NCBI GenBank assembly: GCA_002269645.1
Contig: NIVC01001415.1
Coordinates: 32,870 to 96,869 of the forward strand
DNA from: Macrostomum lignano
Lineage: Eukaryota
Direction: 5' to 3'
DNA: 64,000 nt
A program made the position numbers and the translations under genes. Shown here in pieces: positions 33,601 through 46,874 of this stretch (position 1 is its first letter; every line of letters begins with the position of its first letter). Below the pieces are notes generated by a model. The model was not told the origin of the DNA. It did not search any database and was given only the letters and a program-made list of their open reading frames with translations.

Positions 33601-36600
33601 TCTCTAGTGCCGTTTCAAACGGTTTGTTGCACAAGTCTAGTGATTTTGACAAGTGCCTAGTAACTGGTCTCTAGTGCCGTTTCAAACGGTTTGTTGCACA
33701 AGTCTAGTGATTTTGACAAGTGCCTAGTAACTGGTCTCTAGTGCCGTTTCAAACGGTTTGTTGCACAAGTCTAGTGATTTTGACAAGTGCCTAGTAACTG
33801 GTCTCTAGTGCCGTTTCAAACGGTTTGTTGCACAAGTCTAGTGATTTTGACAAGTGCCTAGTAACTGGTCTCTAGTGCCGTTTCAAACGGTTTGTTGCAC
33901 AAGTCTAGTGATTTTGACAAGTGCCTAGTAACTGGTCTCTAGTGCCGTTTCAAACGGTTTGTTGCACAAGTCTAGTGATTTTGACAAGTGCCTAGTAACT
34001 GGTCTCTAGTGCCGTTTCAAACGGTTTGTTGCACAAGTCTAGTGATTTTGACAAGTGCCTAGTAACTGGTCTCTAGTGCCGTTTCAAACGGTTTGTTGCA
34101 CAAGTCTAGTGATTTTGACAAGTGCTAAGTAACTGGTCTCTAGTGCCGTTTCAAACGGTTTGTTGCACAAGTCTAGTGATTTTGACAAGTGCCTAGTAAC
34201 TGGTCTCTAGTGCCGTTTCAAACGGTTTGTTGCACAAGTCTAGTGATTTTGACAAGTGCCTAGTAACTGGTCTCTAGTGCCGTTTCAAACGGTTTGTTGC
34301 ACAAGTCTAGTGATTTTGACAAGTGCCTAGTAACTGGTCTCTAGTGCCGTTTCAAACGGTTTGTTGCACAAGTCTAGTGATTTTGACAAGTGCCTAGTAA
34401 CTGGTCTCTAGTGCCGTTTCAAACGGTTTGTTGCACAAGTCTAGTGATTTTGACAAGTGCCTAGTAACTGGTCTCTAGTGCCGTTTCAAACGGTTTGTTG
34501 CACAAGTCTAGTGATTTTGACAAGTGCCTAGTAACTGGTCTCTAGTGCCGTTTCAAACGGTTTGTTGCACAAGTCTAGTGATTTTGACAAGTGCCTAGTA
34601 ACTGGTCTCTAGTGCCGTTTCAAACGGTTTGTTGCACAAGTCTAGTGATTTTGACAAGTGCCTAGTAACTGGTCTCTAGTGCCGTTTCAAACGGTTTGTT
34701 GCACAAGTCTAGTGATTTTGACAAGTGCCTAGTAACTGGTCTCTAGTGCCGTTTCAAACGGTTTGTTGCACAAGTCTAGTGATTTTGACAAGTGCCTAGT
34801 AACTGGTCTCTAGTGCCGTTTCAAACGGTTTGTTGCACAAGTCTAGTGATTTTGACAAGTGCCTAGTAACTGGTCTCTAGTGCCGTTTCAAACGGTTTGT
34901 TGCACAAGTCTAGTGATTTTGACAAGTGCCTAGTAACTGGTCTCTAGTGCCGTTTCAAACGGTTTGTTGCACAAGTCTAGTGATTTTGACAAGTGCTAAG
35001 TAACTGGTCTCTAGTGCCGTTTCAAACGGTTTGTTGCACAAGTCTAGTGATTTTGACAAGTGCCTAGTAACTGGTCTCTAGTGCCGTTTCAAACGGTTTG
35101 TTGCACAAGTCTAGTGATTTTGACAAGTGCCTAGTAACTGGTCTCTAGTGCCGTTTCAAACGGTTTGTTGCACAAGTCTAGTGATTTTGACAAGTGCCTA
35201 GTAACTGGTCTCTAGTGCCGTTTCAAACGGTTTGTTGCACAAGTCTAGTGATTTTGACAAGTGCCTAGTAACTGGTCTCTAGTGCCGTTTCAAACGGTTT
35301 GTTGCACAAGTCTAGTGATTTTGACAAGTGCCTAGTAACTGGTCTCTAGTGCCGTTTCAAACGGTTTGTTGCACAAGTCTAGTGATTTTGACAAGTGCCT
35401 AGTAACTGGTCTCTAGTGCCGTTTCAAACGGTTTGTTGCACAAGTCTAGTGATTTTGACAAGTGCCTAGTAACTGGTCTCTAGTGCCGTTTCAAACGGTT
35501 TGTTGCACAAGTCTAGTGATTTTGACAAGTGCCTAGTAACTGGTCTCTAGTGCCGTTTCAAACGGTTTGTTGCACAAGTCTAGTGATTTTGACAAGTGCC
35601 TAGTAACTGGTCTCTAGTGCCGTTTCAAACGGTTTGTTGCACAAGTCTAGTGATTTTGACAAGTGCCTAGTAACTGGTCTCTAGTGCCGTTTCAAACGGT
35701 TTGTTGCACAAGTCTAGTGATTTTGACAAGTGCCTAGTAACTGGTCTCTAGTGCCGTTTCAAACGGTTTGTTGCACAAGTCTAGTGATTTTGACAAGTGC
35801 CTAGTAACTGGTCTCTAGTGCCGTTTCAAACGGTTTGTTGCACAAGTCTAGTGATTTTGACAAGTGCCTAGTAACTGGTCTCTAGTGCCGTTTCAAACGG
35901 TTTGTTGCACAAGTCTAGTGATTTTGACAAGTGCCTAGTAACTGGTCTCTAGTGCCGTTTCAAACGGTTTGTTGCACAAGTCTAGTGATTTTGACAAGTG
36001 CCTAGTAACTGGTCTCTAGTGCCGTTTCAAACGGTTTGTTGCACAAGTCTAGTGATTTTGACAAGTGCCTAGTAACTGGTCTCTAGTGCCGTTTCAAACG
36101 GTTTGTTGCACAAGTCTAGTGATTTTGACAAGTGCCTAGTAACTGGTCTCTAGTGCCGTTTCAAACGGTTTGTTGCACAAGTCTAGTGATTTTGACAAGT
36201 GCCTAGTAACTGGTCTCTAGTGCCGTTTCAAACGGTTTGTTGCACAAGTCTAGTGATTTTGACAAGTGCCTAGTAACTGGTCTCTAGTGCCGTTTCAAAC
36301 GGTTTGTTGCACAAGTCTAGTGATTTTGACAAGTGCCTAGTAACTGGTCTCTAGTGCCGTTTCAAACGGTTTGTTGCACAAGTCTAGTGATTTTGACAAG
36401 TGCCTAGTAACTGGTCTCTAGTGCCGTTTCAAACGGTTTGTTGCACAAGTCTAGTGATTTTGACAAGTGCCTAGTAACTGGTCTCTAGTGCCGTTTCAAA
36501 CGGTTTGTTGCACAAGTCTAGTGATTTTGACAAGTGCCTAGTAACTGGTCTCTAGTGCCGTTTCAAACGGTTTGTTGCACAAGTCTAGTGATTTTGACAA

Positions 36601-38790
36601 GTGCCTAGTAACTGGTCTCTAGTGCCGTTTCAAACGGTTTGTTGCACAAGTCTAGTGATTTTGACAAGTGCCTAGTAACTGGTCTCTAGTGCCGTTTCAA
36701 ACGGTTTGTTGCACAAGTCTAGTGATTTTGACAAGTGCCTAGTAACTGGTCTCTAGTGCCGTTTCAAACGGTTTGTTGCACAAGTCTAGTGATTTTGACA
36801 AGTGCCTAGTAACTGGTCTCTAGTGCCGTTTCAAACGGTTTGTTGCACAAGTCTAGTGATTTTGACAAGTGCCTAGTAACTGGTCTCTAGTGCCGTTTCA
36901 AACGGTTTGTTGCACAAGTCTAGTGATTTTGACAAGTGCCTAGTAACTGGTCTCTAGTGCCGTTTCAAACGGTTTGTTGCACAAGTCTAGTGATTTTGAC
37001 AAGTGCCTAGTAACTGGTCTCTAGTGCCGTTTCAAACGGTTTGTTGCACAAGTCTAGTGATTTTGACAAGTGCCTAGTAACTGGTCTCTAGTGCCGTTTC
37101 AAACGGTTTGTTGCACAAGTCTAGTGATTTTGACAAGTGCCTAGTAACTGGTCTCTAGTGCCGTTTCAAACGGTTTGTTGCACAAGTCTAGTGATTTTGA
37201 CAAGTGCCTAGTAACTGGTCTCTAGTGCCGTTTCAAACGGTTTGTTGCACAAGTCTAGTGATTTTGACAAGTGCCTAGTAACTGGTCTCTAGTGCCGTTT
37301 CAAACGGTTTGTTGCACAAGTCTAGTGATTTTGACAAGTGCCTAGTAACTGGTCTCTAGTGCCGTTTCAAACGGTTTGTTGCACAAGTCTAGTGATTTTG
37401 ACAAGTGCCTAGTAACTGGTCTCTAGTGCCGTTTCAAACGGTTTGTTGCACAAGTCTAGTGATTTTGACAAGTGCCTAGTAACTGGTCTCTAGTGCCGTT
37501 TCAAACGGTTTGTTGCACAAGTCTAGTGATTTTGACAAGTGCCTAGTAACTGGTCTCTAGTGCCGTTTCAAACGGTTTGTTGCACAAGTCTAGTGATTTT
37601 GACAAGTGCCTAGTAACTGGTCTCTAGTGCCGTTTCAAACGGTTTGTTGCACAAGTCTAGTGATTTTGACAAGTGCCTAGTAACTGGTCTCTAGTGCCGT
37701 TTCAAACGGTTTGTTGCACAAGTCTAGTGATTTTGACAAGTGCTAAGTAACTGGTCTCTAGTGCCGTTTCAAACGGTTTGTTGCACAAGTCTAGTGATTT
37801 TGACAAGTGCCTAGTAACTGGTCTCTAGTGCCGTTTCAAACGGTTTGTTGCACAAGTCTAGTGATTTTGACAAGTGCCTAGTAACTGGTCTCTAGTGCCG
37901 TTTCAAACGGTTTGTTGCACAAGTCTAGTGATTTTGACAAGTGCCTAGTAACTGGTCTCTAGTGCCGTTTCAAACGGTTTGTTGCACAAGTCTAGTGATT
38001 TTGACAAGTGCCTAGTAACTGGTCTCTAGTGCCGTTTCAAACGGTTTGTTGCACAAGTCTAGTGATTTTGACAAGTGCCTAGTAACTGGTCTCTAGTGCC
38101 GTTTCAAACGGTTTGTTGCACAAGTCTAGTGATTTTGACAAGTGCCTAGTAACTGGTCTCTAGTGCCGTTTCAAACGGTTTGTTGCACAAGTCTAGTGAT
38201 TTTGACAAGTGCCTAGTAACTGGTCTCTAGTGCCGTTTCAAACGGTTTGTTGCACAAGTCTAGTGATTTTGACAAGTGCCTAGTAACTGGTCTCTAGTGC
38301 CGTTTCAAACGGTTTGTTGCACAAGTCTAGTGATTTTGACAAGTGCCTAGTAACTGGTCTCTAGTGCCGTTTCAAACGGTTTGTTGCACAAGTCTAGTGA
38401 TTTTGACAAGTGCCTAGTAACTGGTCTCTAGTGCCGTTTCAAACGGTTTGTTGCACAAGTCTAGTGATTTTGACAAGTGCCTAGTAACTGGTCTCTAGTG
38501 CCGTTTCAAACGGTTTGTTGCACAAGTCTAGTGATTTTGACAAGTGCCTAGTAACTGGTCTCTAGTGCCGTTTCAAACGGTTTGTTGCACAAGTCTAGTG
38601 ATTTTGACAAGTGCCTAGTAACTGGTCTCTAGTGCCGTTTCAAACGGTTTGTTGCACAAGTCTAGTGATTTTGACAAGTGCCTAGTAACTGGTCTCTAGT
38701 GCCGTTTCAAACGGTTTGTTGCACAAGTCTAGTGATTTTGACAAGTGCCTAGTAACTGGTCTCTAGTGCCGTTTCAAACGGTTTGTTGCA
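30694..38790. repeat. 67-bp satellite array, ~121 copies, running into the assembly gap
   Basis: Unit GACAAGTGCCTAGTAACTGGTCTCTAGTGCCGTTTCAAACGGTTTGTTGCACAAGTCTAGTGATTTT; period confirmed by the same register at 30841 and 34861 (60 x 67). Confidence 0.98.
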
Positions 38791-39125
38791 NNNNNNNNNN
38801 NNNNNNNNNNNNNNNNNNNNNNNNNNNNNNNNNNNNNNNNNNNNNNNNNNNNNNNNNNNNNNNNNNNNNNNNNNNNNNNNNNNNNNNNNNNNNNNNNNNN
38901 NNNNNNNNNNNNNNNNNNNNNNNNNNNNNNNNNNNNNNNNNNNNNNNNNNNNNNNNNNNNNNNNNNNNNNNNNNNNNNNNNNNNNNNNNNNNNNNNNNNN
39001 NNNNNNNNNNNNNNNNNNNNNNNNNNNNNNNNNNNNNNNNNNNNNNNNNNNNNNNNNNNNNNNNNNNNNNNNNNNNNNNNNNNNNNNNNNNNNNNNNNNN
39101 NNNNNNNNNNNNNNNNNNNNNNNNN
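38791..39125. other. Assembly gap (335 N)
   Basis: Run of n characters. Confidence 1.
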
Positions 39126-41785
39126 AAATCGTATGTTAATCAGTTAATACCAGGCCTACACAGAAACGTCACTCAAAAAGAATATCGATCAGATTGCGAC
39201 TGCCGCCAATGGTCACTTTCATCTTCTTTGATGGAGCAGCCTGCACACGTAGTGCGCCGTCGGTCTGGACAGGCTCTTGATAAACATCCGCACATTCCTC
39301 CATCATAGCCTCGTTATTGTGATTGGATTTTGGACGAGCTAGCTTAACGATCTTATTGACATTAGTTTCCGAAACTGTATGATTCAGCGCCTGATCCACA
39401 GCCAGAGATGCCCTATACAAACTGCGATCACGTCGCCTCGATAAGTAGCACTTAACAGTTCGCTCACACTTCGCCAGTGATGAGCAAGATCTCCTGGATA
39501 GTCTGGCCACAGGTATCCAGGTGGCACGCTCTAGTTACTCTACAGTTTAAGAAAAGTTGGCAACTGATTTTCTAGAATCAAATGTGTTCACAGAGACACG
39601 AATATGGTGGGCAAAAGTACAGGTCAAACTACCTACCATATGCAGCGGTCGGTATCGCGCTCGCGCGCTAATAACAATAACACTCAAAAATAGTGCAGAA
39701 GAATATATCATTATTTCAAGCTGATCGACTAAAGCGTCAATCGGCGTGCAGACAATCGCGCATTAATGCACGCTAAGTGATATTGGTAAATTTGAATTCT
39801 TCTCCACAGTTGGCTATACCAGTCGGTAATGTGATAGATGCACGACTTGATCTTGCAATAATCTCAAGCCGTGCACTATCTCTTCATTAAATAGATATGA
39901 AAACAGTTGTTTGTTTTGTCTAAAAGCGGTCGCTTTTAAATGAGCAGCGGACAGAATAGAAGGAGTTAGAAAGAAAGATTGACTTTGATTGATGACTTTT
40001 AGTTGATTTAATACAGAAACGCTCGTTTGTATTAAACATTCAAGCGTTGCTTTCGTTCCATTTAGACTGACAACTTGTTTTCAATGGCCTGTCTTGACCA
40101 AATTAAATTTGCAGTTCTGTTTTGAATTTCCGATGTTGTAATTAGCCCCGTATCTCCGGAAAATCGATTTTACATTTAAGAGTAAAGGAGGAGAATTTCG
40201 CAAAATTTTGGGACACTTGTTTGTTGAAAATTCCCAATAAAAGGAAAGCGCAAGCATTGATAAACGTTTTTATTTAAACTTGCCTTTCTGCTGTCAACTG
40301 TTAGACCAGCTATTTTGCTTGAAGCCAATGAACCTATCATTTGAATGTAAACTCGGATTGATGTGACAGCTAAACTAATATCTATTTGCACCTGATGCCT
40401 CTCAGTTACATTGGGCATCTTGTTGGTGCAAGCGAACTGAAACGCTGTACTTTTACAGTTTCTACACCGCTCAGCTTCTCCAATAGTATTCGAATACAAC
40501 AGATATAAATAGTACAAATATGCTTGCATAGTGAAACTCCCAGACAGCACTTGACTGTCCCACAATGGGCACTTCACAGTCGGCACCACCATTATTTCAC
40601 CAAACGAATCATGTGATCTAGTCATCCAACGGAATAATAATGATAATGGTAAGTTCCGTGCGTGCATTAAAAGCATTTCACTAGATAAAATTCCAACACA
40701 CACTTGAATTTCACATCGCCTGAATAAACAATTTGTAAGAAACATCCAACAGTCCCCCCCGCTACTGACAGTTTCTGCAAAAGCACAAGTTTCTGTCCCG
40801 GCCCTTTTTGGAACCGCGCCAAGATCTCCTAAACTGATATACCCGTGCCCCCTAGGACAAATCGTTTAACTTTTATCAAATTTTCAGCCACTCTTATTTT
40901 TACATTCGAAAATTAATTTAAAGTTGCTGACAATTCAGGAAAGTTACTGTGCGCTTTCAGTTCTATCATAAGAAATTTTTATCTTAGTTTAAAAAGCCAT
41001 AACCTTTTAAAGTTTGAATTTTTAATCTGCAAACAGCAGTTCTTCGACCTTCTTACGAGACCAGCTTTTATTGCTGAATCAAATAAACTGTCAGTCATGT
41101 GCAGAGTGCAGATCAGTTTATATTGATTGATATCGAACTGATATTGGGTAGTGACCCAGCACAATCCACCAGTTAATAATTTACAGATGACTCAACTTTA
41201 AGCTAAAGCTAAAACCATTACTTATCAGGAATAACAAAATAATAACTTAATTATTTAGTGAACACTAAGATTTGTTATATTTTACAAGAAAGCTTTTTCT
41301 ACTTTTACAAAGCAACAATATAGATTCGCGAACTGACATGTACTGATAATGATTTTAGATATACATTCAAGCATTGAATTCGTTGTGAGGTGTGCAAGTA
41401 GTTCTTTATTAATTAAAATTTAAACAGCGTATTTCTTTTCCCCAACTAAATATACCGCTCCTTTTTAGTTGGTTTTAGGTTTGGTTGGTTAGTTGGTGTT
41501 GGTCATTTTATTAATAATAAACAACAACCTTCGCCTGAATTTTTGGATAAAAACATCACTAGAATACGAATTCCATTTACAAATTCCTAAATTACAAGCA
41601 GCATTACTTTACTAAATCGTCCGTTAAAACAAGCCACGCAAAATCTTTTGTCTCCTTTCCCTGACGAAAAGTTTTCGGTATAGTCTACCTGAAAGAAAAG
41701 CGCAACAGCTTCGAATGCTCTTGATTGAGCTGAATTAAAAGTTGTTACGAATCATACTGTGCTCAACCTCATACGCGTATAGTGT

Positions 41786-42772
41786 TTAAACATTCGGCAG
41801 GCGTTCATGCTTAGGAGGTACCATTGTTGCGATTCTCTGCCGGGTGCGCACCGACTTACAGTGGGTCAGCAGGTGGTGGTACGGAGGTCCGGCCAGGTCA
41901 GCAGGGAGCAGCTCCTGCGCTCGGCAGACTGGCATTTGTGCAGCTCGCAGACGCTGCCGTAGCGCCAGCTCTCTGTATTGCGCTTTGCAAGCGGCTTTGA
42001 ACTTTTTTAACGAAGCAACTAGATATCGAGCCAGCCAGATGAGCAGCATCAGACTCAGCAGGCTGAGCACAGCAACCAGAGCGTATAGCCCAGTTAGCAA
42101 CTGCGGCGAAACTCGCATTGAAGTCAGCGTCTTCGATGTTAGCGGAGACGCTTGCGATGGCTGCATCTGGTGGTTTGAAGATCCGGCGTACTGCAGGCAG
42201 CAGTTGTCAGTTACGAACAGATCGTATCGGTGCTTCAACAGTTGAGCAACTGGCAAAGGCAGAGCCGATCGGTTGCTGAAGTGAGCAGCATCGGTTGCAT
42301 AAAGATTCACGTGACAGCCTCTGGCCATGGGGCTAAATGCTCGCTGCTTTACACTGTCTCCATTTTGGTAGGTGTACACCTCTAAGAGGAGGCAGAACTC
42401 GCTCAATTGGGGTAGATCGAGTTTGTCCACTGTTGCTAGGGTGACATTCTCGCTTATTGACTCCGTATCGTTCAGCGACAGCAGGTGATAGTATGCTTTG
42501 TTTAAGTTACAGGTAGCGTCGAACAAAAGCTTCACTTGGCCAAGCCTTTCCCTTGATGGCGGCGTTCGGAACAGGACGACCAGCTGGGAGGTGGCCGGCG
42601 AGTACTGCGCCAAGAGCTCCGTCTGCCAGGTGCGCAGATCCTTTTCCTGCTGGCTTGAGTAGACAATCAGAAGGTCATCATGATTCTTCCAGGGGAAGAA
42701 GTCGCAATCCGCCGACACGATTGTCAGAAACAGGATCGGCAGCAACAGCAGCGGCAGCAGACTATAAGCCAT
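41786..42772 (-). CDS. Orphan single-pass type I membrane protein, 328 aa, intronless
   Basis: Longest non-repeat ORF on the right of the gap. ATG plus signal peptide (MAYSLLPLLLLPILFLTIVSA), Cys-containing ectodomain with sequons NDT/NVT/NRS, hydrophobic TM LLTGLYALVAVLSLLSLMLLIWLA, basic stop-transfer segment and ~75-aa tail. No family recognised. Confidence 0.7.
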   Translation of the reverse strand: MAYSLLPLLLLPILFLTIVSADCDFFPWKNHDDLLIVYSSQQEKDLRTWQTELLAQYSPATSQLVVLFRTPPSRERLGQVKLLFDATCNLNKAYYHLLSLNDTESISENVTLATVDKLDLPQLSEFCLLLEVYTYQNGDSVKQRAFSPMARGCHVNLYATDAAHFSNRSALPLPVAQLLKHRYDLFVTDNCCLQYAGSSNHQMQPSQASPLTSKTLTSMRVSPQLLTGLYALVAVLSLLSLMLLIWLARYLVASLKKFKAACKAQYRELALRQRLRAAQMPVCRAQELLPADLAGPPYHHLLTHCKSVRTRQRIATMVPPKHERLPNV

Positions 42773-45700
42773 TAATTAGGGCTTTTTATCAGGATTCTAT
42801 TTGGCGATTTTCATTGCTAAAGCAAACTATTGTCCAAATCTTCTGCAAAATATGTTTTACGTTTTACTCCTATTTCATGTGGCGATATTGAATTTTGACA
42901 GTCTCGAAATGAAAACTAAGGGACTTGCATGGCTATAGCAGCCAGTCAGTTGAATTTGTCTTTTTATCTCTCTCACGCTGGCGACAACTAGCCAGTCAAA
43001 GCCCAGCGCAGGGGTCTCGAGAAACTCTAACCCTACCCAGGGGCGAGACCGCCACTACCTTGCCTGTCTGTGCGCACCGTTTCTCTCTTACCCTCTTTTT
43101 TTCTTTCTTTCTCCTCCACCCTATCTATCCTGCAGTTTGCATTAAAGTGTTGCAAACCCAATGAAACCTTAGAAAAGCTAAATTTTACACAAAAATATTT
43201 ATAGTGAATAATAATAAGAAAAGAAGCGGAGAAAGAGAGACTGGTATAGAGAGGCAAATGAAGACTGTCAGTGACATTCTGATGCTTTTCGAAGAAAATA
43301 CGAGAAATAAAGAAACTGCATGAGGCAGCGGGAGTTAAGTGGAATAGGTAAAGCGATGCAACACCCGAGCATCAAAACGGTGCTGCGGTGTTCCATTGCA
43401 TACAATGCATTGAATTTCTTTGAAAAAAAACTTTTCCATCAATCTTGCGTCGGCACAAAGCAATGCACTATGCCGCTGAATTTGCATTACGTACATCTAT
43501 AGGATAGTGCTGCAACTCATAACTAAGGCTCGTAATCATGTCCCCCACTGCTAGAACATCGATGCCAATGTGTTTCTGTATCAACCAATACTTTAAAAAA
43601 GATTTTTTTAATCATTTCCACTATTTTTGCTCACAATAAATTGGCTCCACAGGTCAACTGGGTTTAAGCTCAACGCTAAAAAGTAAGCCTGTGCGAGTCA
43701 ATTGAATCGTATGAGTCAAACGCGAATGACCTCCAGATGGTACACTATTGTTGCTCATAAATCTAAAAACAGAATTTGCGCTTCGCTTCCGATAGAAGCA
43801 ATCACGCTTTGGGTGCTTGTGGGGCTATATAAAAGACGGCGGAGAGCGTCTATTGACAAAAATTGCAATAAAAGCAGCCCCATATTTGCTCTGCGCAGAG
43901 CTGATACTGCCGACGCGGCCTTTATACTCGTACCTAGATTTTGAGACATTGTAAAATTTCAGCTATTTAGTAAATAGCAGCCGAAGGGCATTTTCTGCGA
44001 TTGTCTGGACTAGACTAGGTGGTCAATTTTCAATGCAGCATGCACTTCAACCCTATTGTGCTAATTCGAATTCGGACTCATGGCGAAAACGAAAACAATT
44101 TTATGTTATTTCATTTACCCGGTTTATCAAAGCCTGCGTATGCAGGCTTAAATACGAATTTGCATATGAAAAACCGATCGGCCCTTAATGATTAGTGAAT
44201 GTGTTTATACAATTCACGTCTATTCTTTTAAAGTTCTTGGTACACTATTTAATTAGCTACGAGTATAGTCTTCTTTCGGAAGTGAGAGAAGAAGACTAGA
44301 AGGAAATAGGCTTGGGCTGAGCAATAAAATTACGGAATAGACTGCTAAGCGGCAGTTACAGCCTGGGGAAAGATTACAACAGAGAGAGCCGAGCATGAGT
44401 CGGGACTCAGAATTCGGAGACCGTACACTATAAACTGTACTCGTCTCAGAAATGCCCTCGTAGGCTGTTAAGAGGGCAGTTCATGCAGACACAGCATGAC
44501 AGCAGCTTGACAGCAGCTTTTTCGCTTAAATCAGTACAAAACGGCTCAAGTCGGCTGGCTTGATAGCCAGCCCTATCAGGTAACTCAGATTCGAGACGGG
44601 TTGTCTCACTGTTTGTCCTCCAAATGAAAAGCTTAAACGAATTCGACAAAAAATACTAAAATGAAAGCAGATAATTGCTGGACGCAAACATGTACTGACG
44701 TACAGTATTACTGTTTCAGTAGTAAATTTAAATGAATATGACTTGATATTTTGCTATATTCACTGACATTCAAGAGTCTTCTTTAGCAGTGCCAGGGTGC
44801 CTCTAAGTTGAACTAAAGATAACAGCGCCTGGCAGTACCAAAAGCCGGCGGCTTATCTGCAAGACTAGGCCAGCTCCCTCCCCACTTGCTTTAGTGAGTA
44901 AATTTACTTAGCTAGCTAGTGCAAATAGCAGTCTACGCTCGTATGAGTACGTGCTCATGGATATGCTCGGCAATTATAGCTGCATATAAGAGAGTACAAG
45001 CTTACAAAGGTTACAAAACAATGTAGCATTGACATCCAGTTTCAAGTGCCATAGAAAATTTCGCAGGATAAAACTGGGTGTAATATTCATTGACAAGCAT
45101 TTCATGTCAAGCATTAAACATCGAACAAAAGGAACAGTTGGGATGAGGGACTACGTAGAACGAGATGGTGGGAGCATCAAGTAATTGTGTTAGACTTGAA
45201 ATTTTAGGATGCTATGCGTCAGAAAGTGTAATTTTTAAAGTTACTCAAACGACAATATCGGCGGTATTTCGCGTGCGGTATGTGTATATTCAAATGGCCA
45301 TGTTATTACAAGCGCGGGCCCATCAGCCAGTCAGATAGCCCAATAGTCAACACAAGCGTCTGCCCAGTCAATATCCAGAGCTCAACGGTCCAGGAGGCGG
45401 GCAACTTCGCAAACGCTCATCCAAATGGCGAGAACATCTTCGTCATGCAAAACTGCATGTTCAACCGATGCAGTCTGTGAGAATCCATATGCAACTGACA
45501 AAATTGACAAGCCAAAATATTTCAAGAGACTTTAGCCTTCTTGAAATTAGACTGTATTTCCTAGTGTTTCTTGTCACCTTTTTGTTACTGTGCATTGTTG
45601 TATTGCAGATGGTGACAGATTCAAATCTATCGTGAAAAAATCAATTATTGTTCATAAGACGCAGCCTGGCGTAATGACAAACTGAACTGGCCATTATTTC

Positions 45701-45779
45701 AGCTTTTTAGCAGGCGTTTGAATCATAGACGATTAGTTAACTATGCATTTATTAACTGACATAAGAGAATAATGTTCGC

Positions 45780-46450
45780 AAATGGTCTACATGGCATTCT
45801 GGAATATATTGACAAGAAAAAAGGATAGGCAAGACATTTTAGTCACCAAACAATGGGTTGTTTTCTGGAATTGAGATTTCAGTTAATGGCCATAGACACG
45901 AGCGCTACACCTTGCTGACCTCTAAAGCCGAAATGGAACACAATGAGAAAAAGCACCTCATACTGGAGCCTCTTCGTATCTGCTATGGTGAAGTATGCGT
46001 GCAGTTTAGACATTTCCTCACTGTTTATTGCCGGAAATCAGACCTCACCGTCAACAACAGACCTCGGTTACTGTCTGCGGCGGCCTTGAAGGTCTTCTCC
46101 AGCTCAACAAAATCCGGATTTCCAATGAGCGGCATGCCTCAATTTTCCAGTAGGAAACGATGCATTTCAGCCTGTTTATGCACACAAGTGTGCTACAATT
46201 GTAGGCAGTGCCATCGGGCTTCTTGACGGTAGAGAGAAACAACGGAGATAGTGACACGTATCTTGGCGGCATAATCTCGAGGTCACTTGACAACCCTCGC
46301 TCAGATAGAAAGGCCTTCACTCTCTCAGAGTAGATCTAGGTCTGCTTCGCGATAGATCGCACAGCGCAATCCTTCACAAATTTCGGAATCTCCTGTACGT
46401 CGCTCTCGCTTAACTCCGGATACTCTGACAATCCCTGTATAAACTGCTAG
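45780..46450 (-). mobile_element. Degenerate Crypton (tyrosine recombinase, DUF3504-like) relic 1
   Basis: Across frameshifts: KQT*IYSERVKAFLSERG..LFLSTVKKPDGTAYNCSTL..MHRFL..NPDF..EEMSKLHAYF..LQYEVLFLIVFHFGFRGQQ. This matches the Crypton pattern LxxFxxxVRKxDGxxY and LQxxVxFxIxxHFGxRGxE. Confidence 0.65.
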
Positions 46451-46479
46451 ACGAAGCTCCGCAGGTGGTACGACACCCG

Positions 46480-46874
46480 GAATTGCAGGCAATCCCGTGC
46501 TGCCGTCCCCTGCCCCTCTCCTGCGTAGAGCCCTCCTCAGGGTCAACCGCAGAGACCTCAGAGCTGTCAGTATGGCCCTCTCCGGGCATGGCTGCTTCTC
46601 TCGCCACCGCTTCCTTCAGGGCCAGGTACCCGAGGAGCGGTGCCCCTTCTGCCGCTCAGGCAGTGAAAACTCCGAGCACTTTATCTGCCACAGCCCGGTT
46701 TTCACCAGGGCCAGGCTCACTCACCTCGGGCCAAACCCGGTTCTCTCCGACCTTTGCAGGCCCGAGAGCATCCCGCTGCTCGCCCGGTACATCAGGGACA
46801 CGGGACGAGCTGACTTCTTCCCCACCGCCGGTGAGGAGTACTGCGCTGCAGGCGAGACCGACGGGTCCCCCTGA
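46480..46874 (+). mobile_element. 5'-truncated non-LTR retrotransposon ORF2 C-terminus (CCHC finger; I/LOA/R1-like)
   Basis: LSGHGCFSRH..RCPFC..SENSEHFICHSPVFTRAR..LG..LLARYIRDTGR is the typical post-RT/RNase H zinc-knuckle tail. Confidence 0.75.

Noticed and set aside
30694-38790. CRISPR array (palindromic GTTTCAAAC-containing repeat)
   Set aside because: No unique spacers: the whole 67-bp unit repeats. No cas genes, and the context is eukaryotic.
39169-39510. Possible hAT C-terminal dimerisation fragment (AKCERTVK..RRDRSL)
   Set aside because: Motif match too weak to call without an HMM search.
40176-40745. 189-aa minus-strand ORF
   Set aside because: Non-ATG start, no recognisable domain, composition like non-coding AT-rich DNA.
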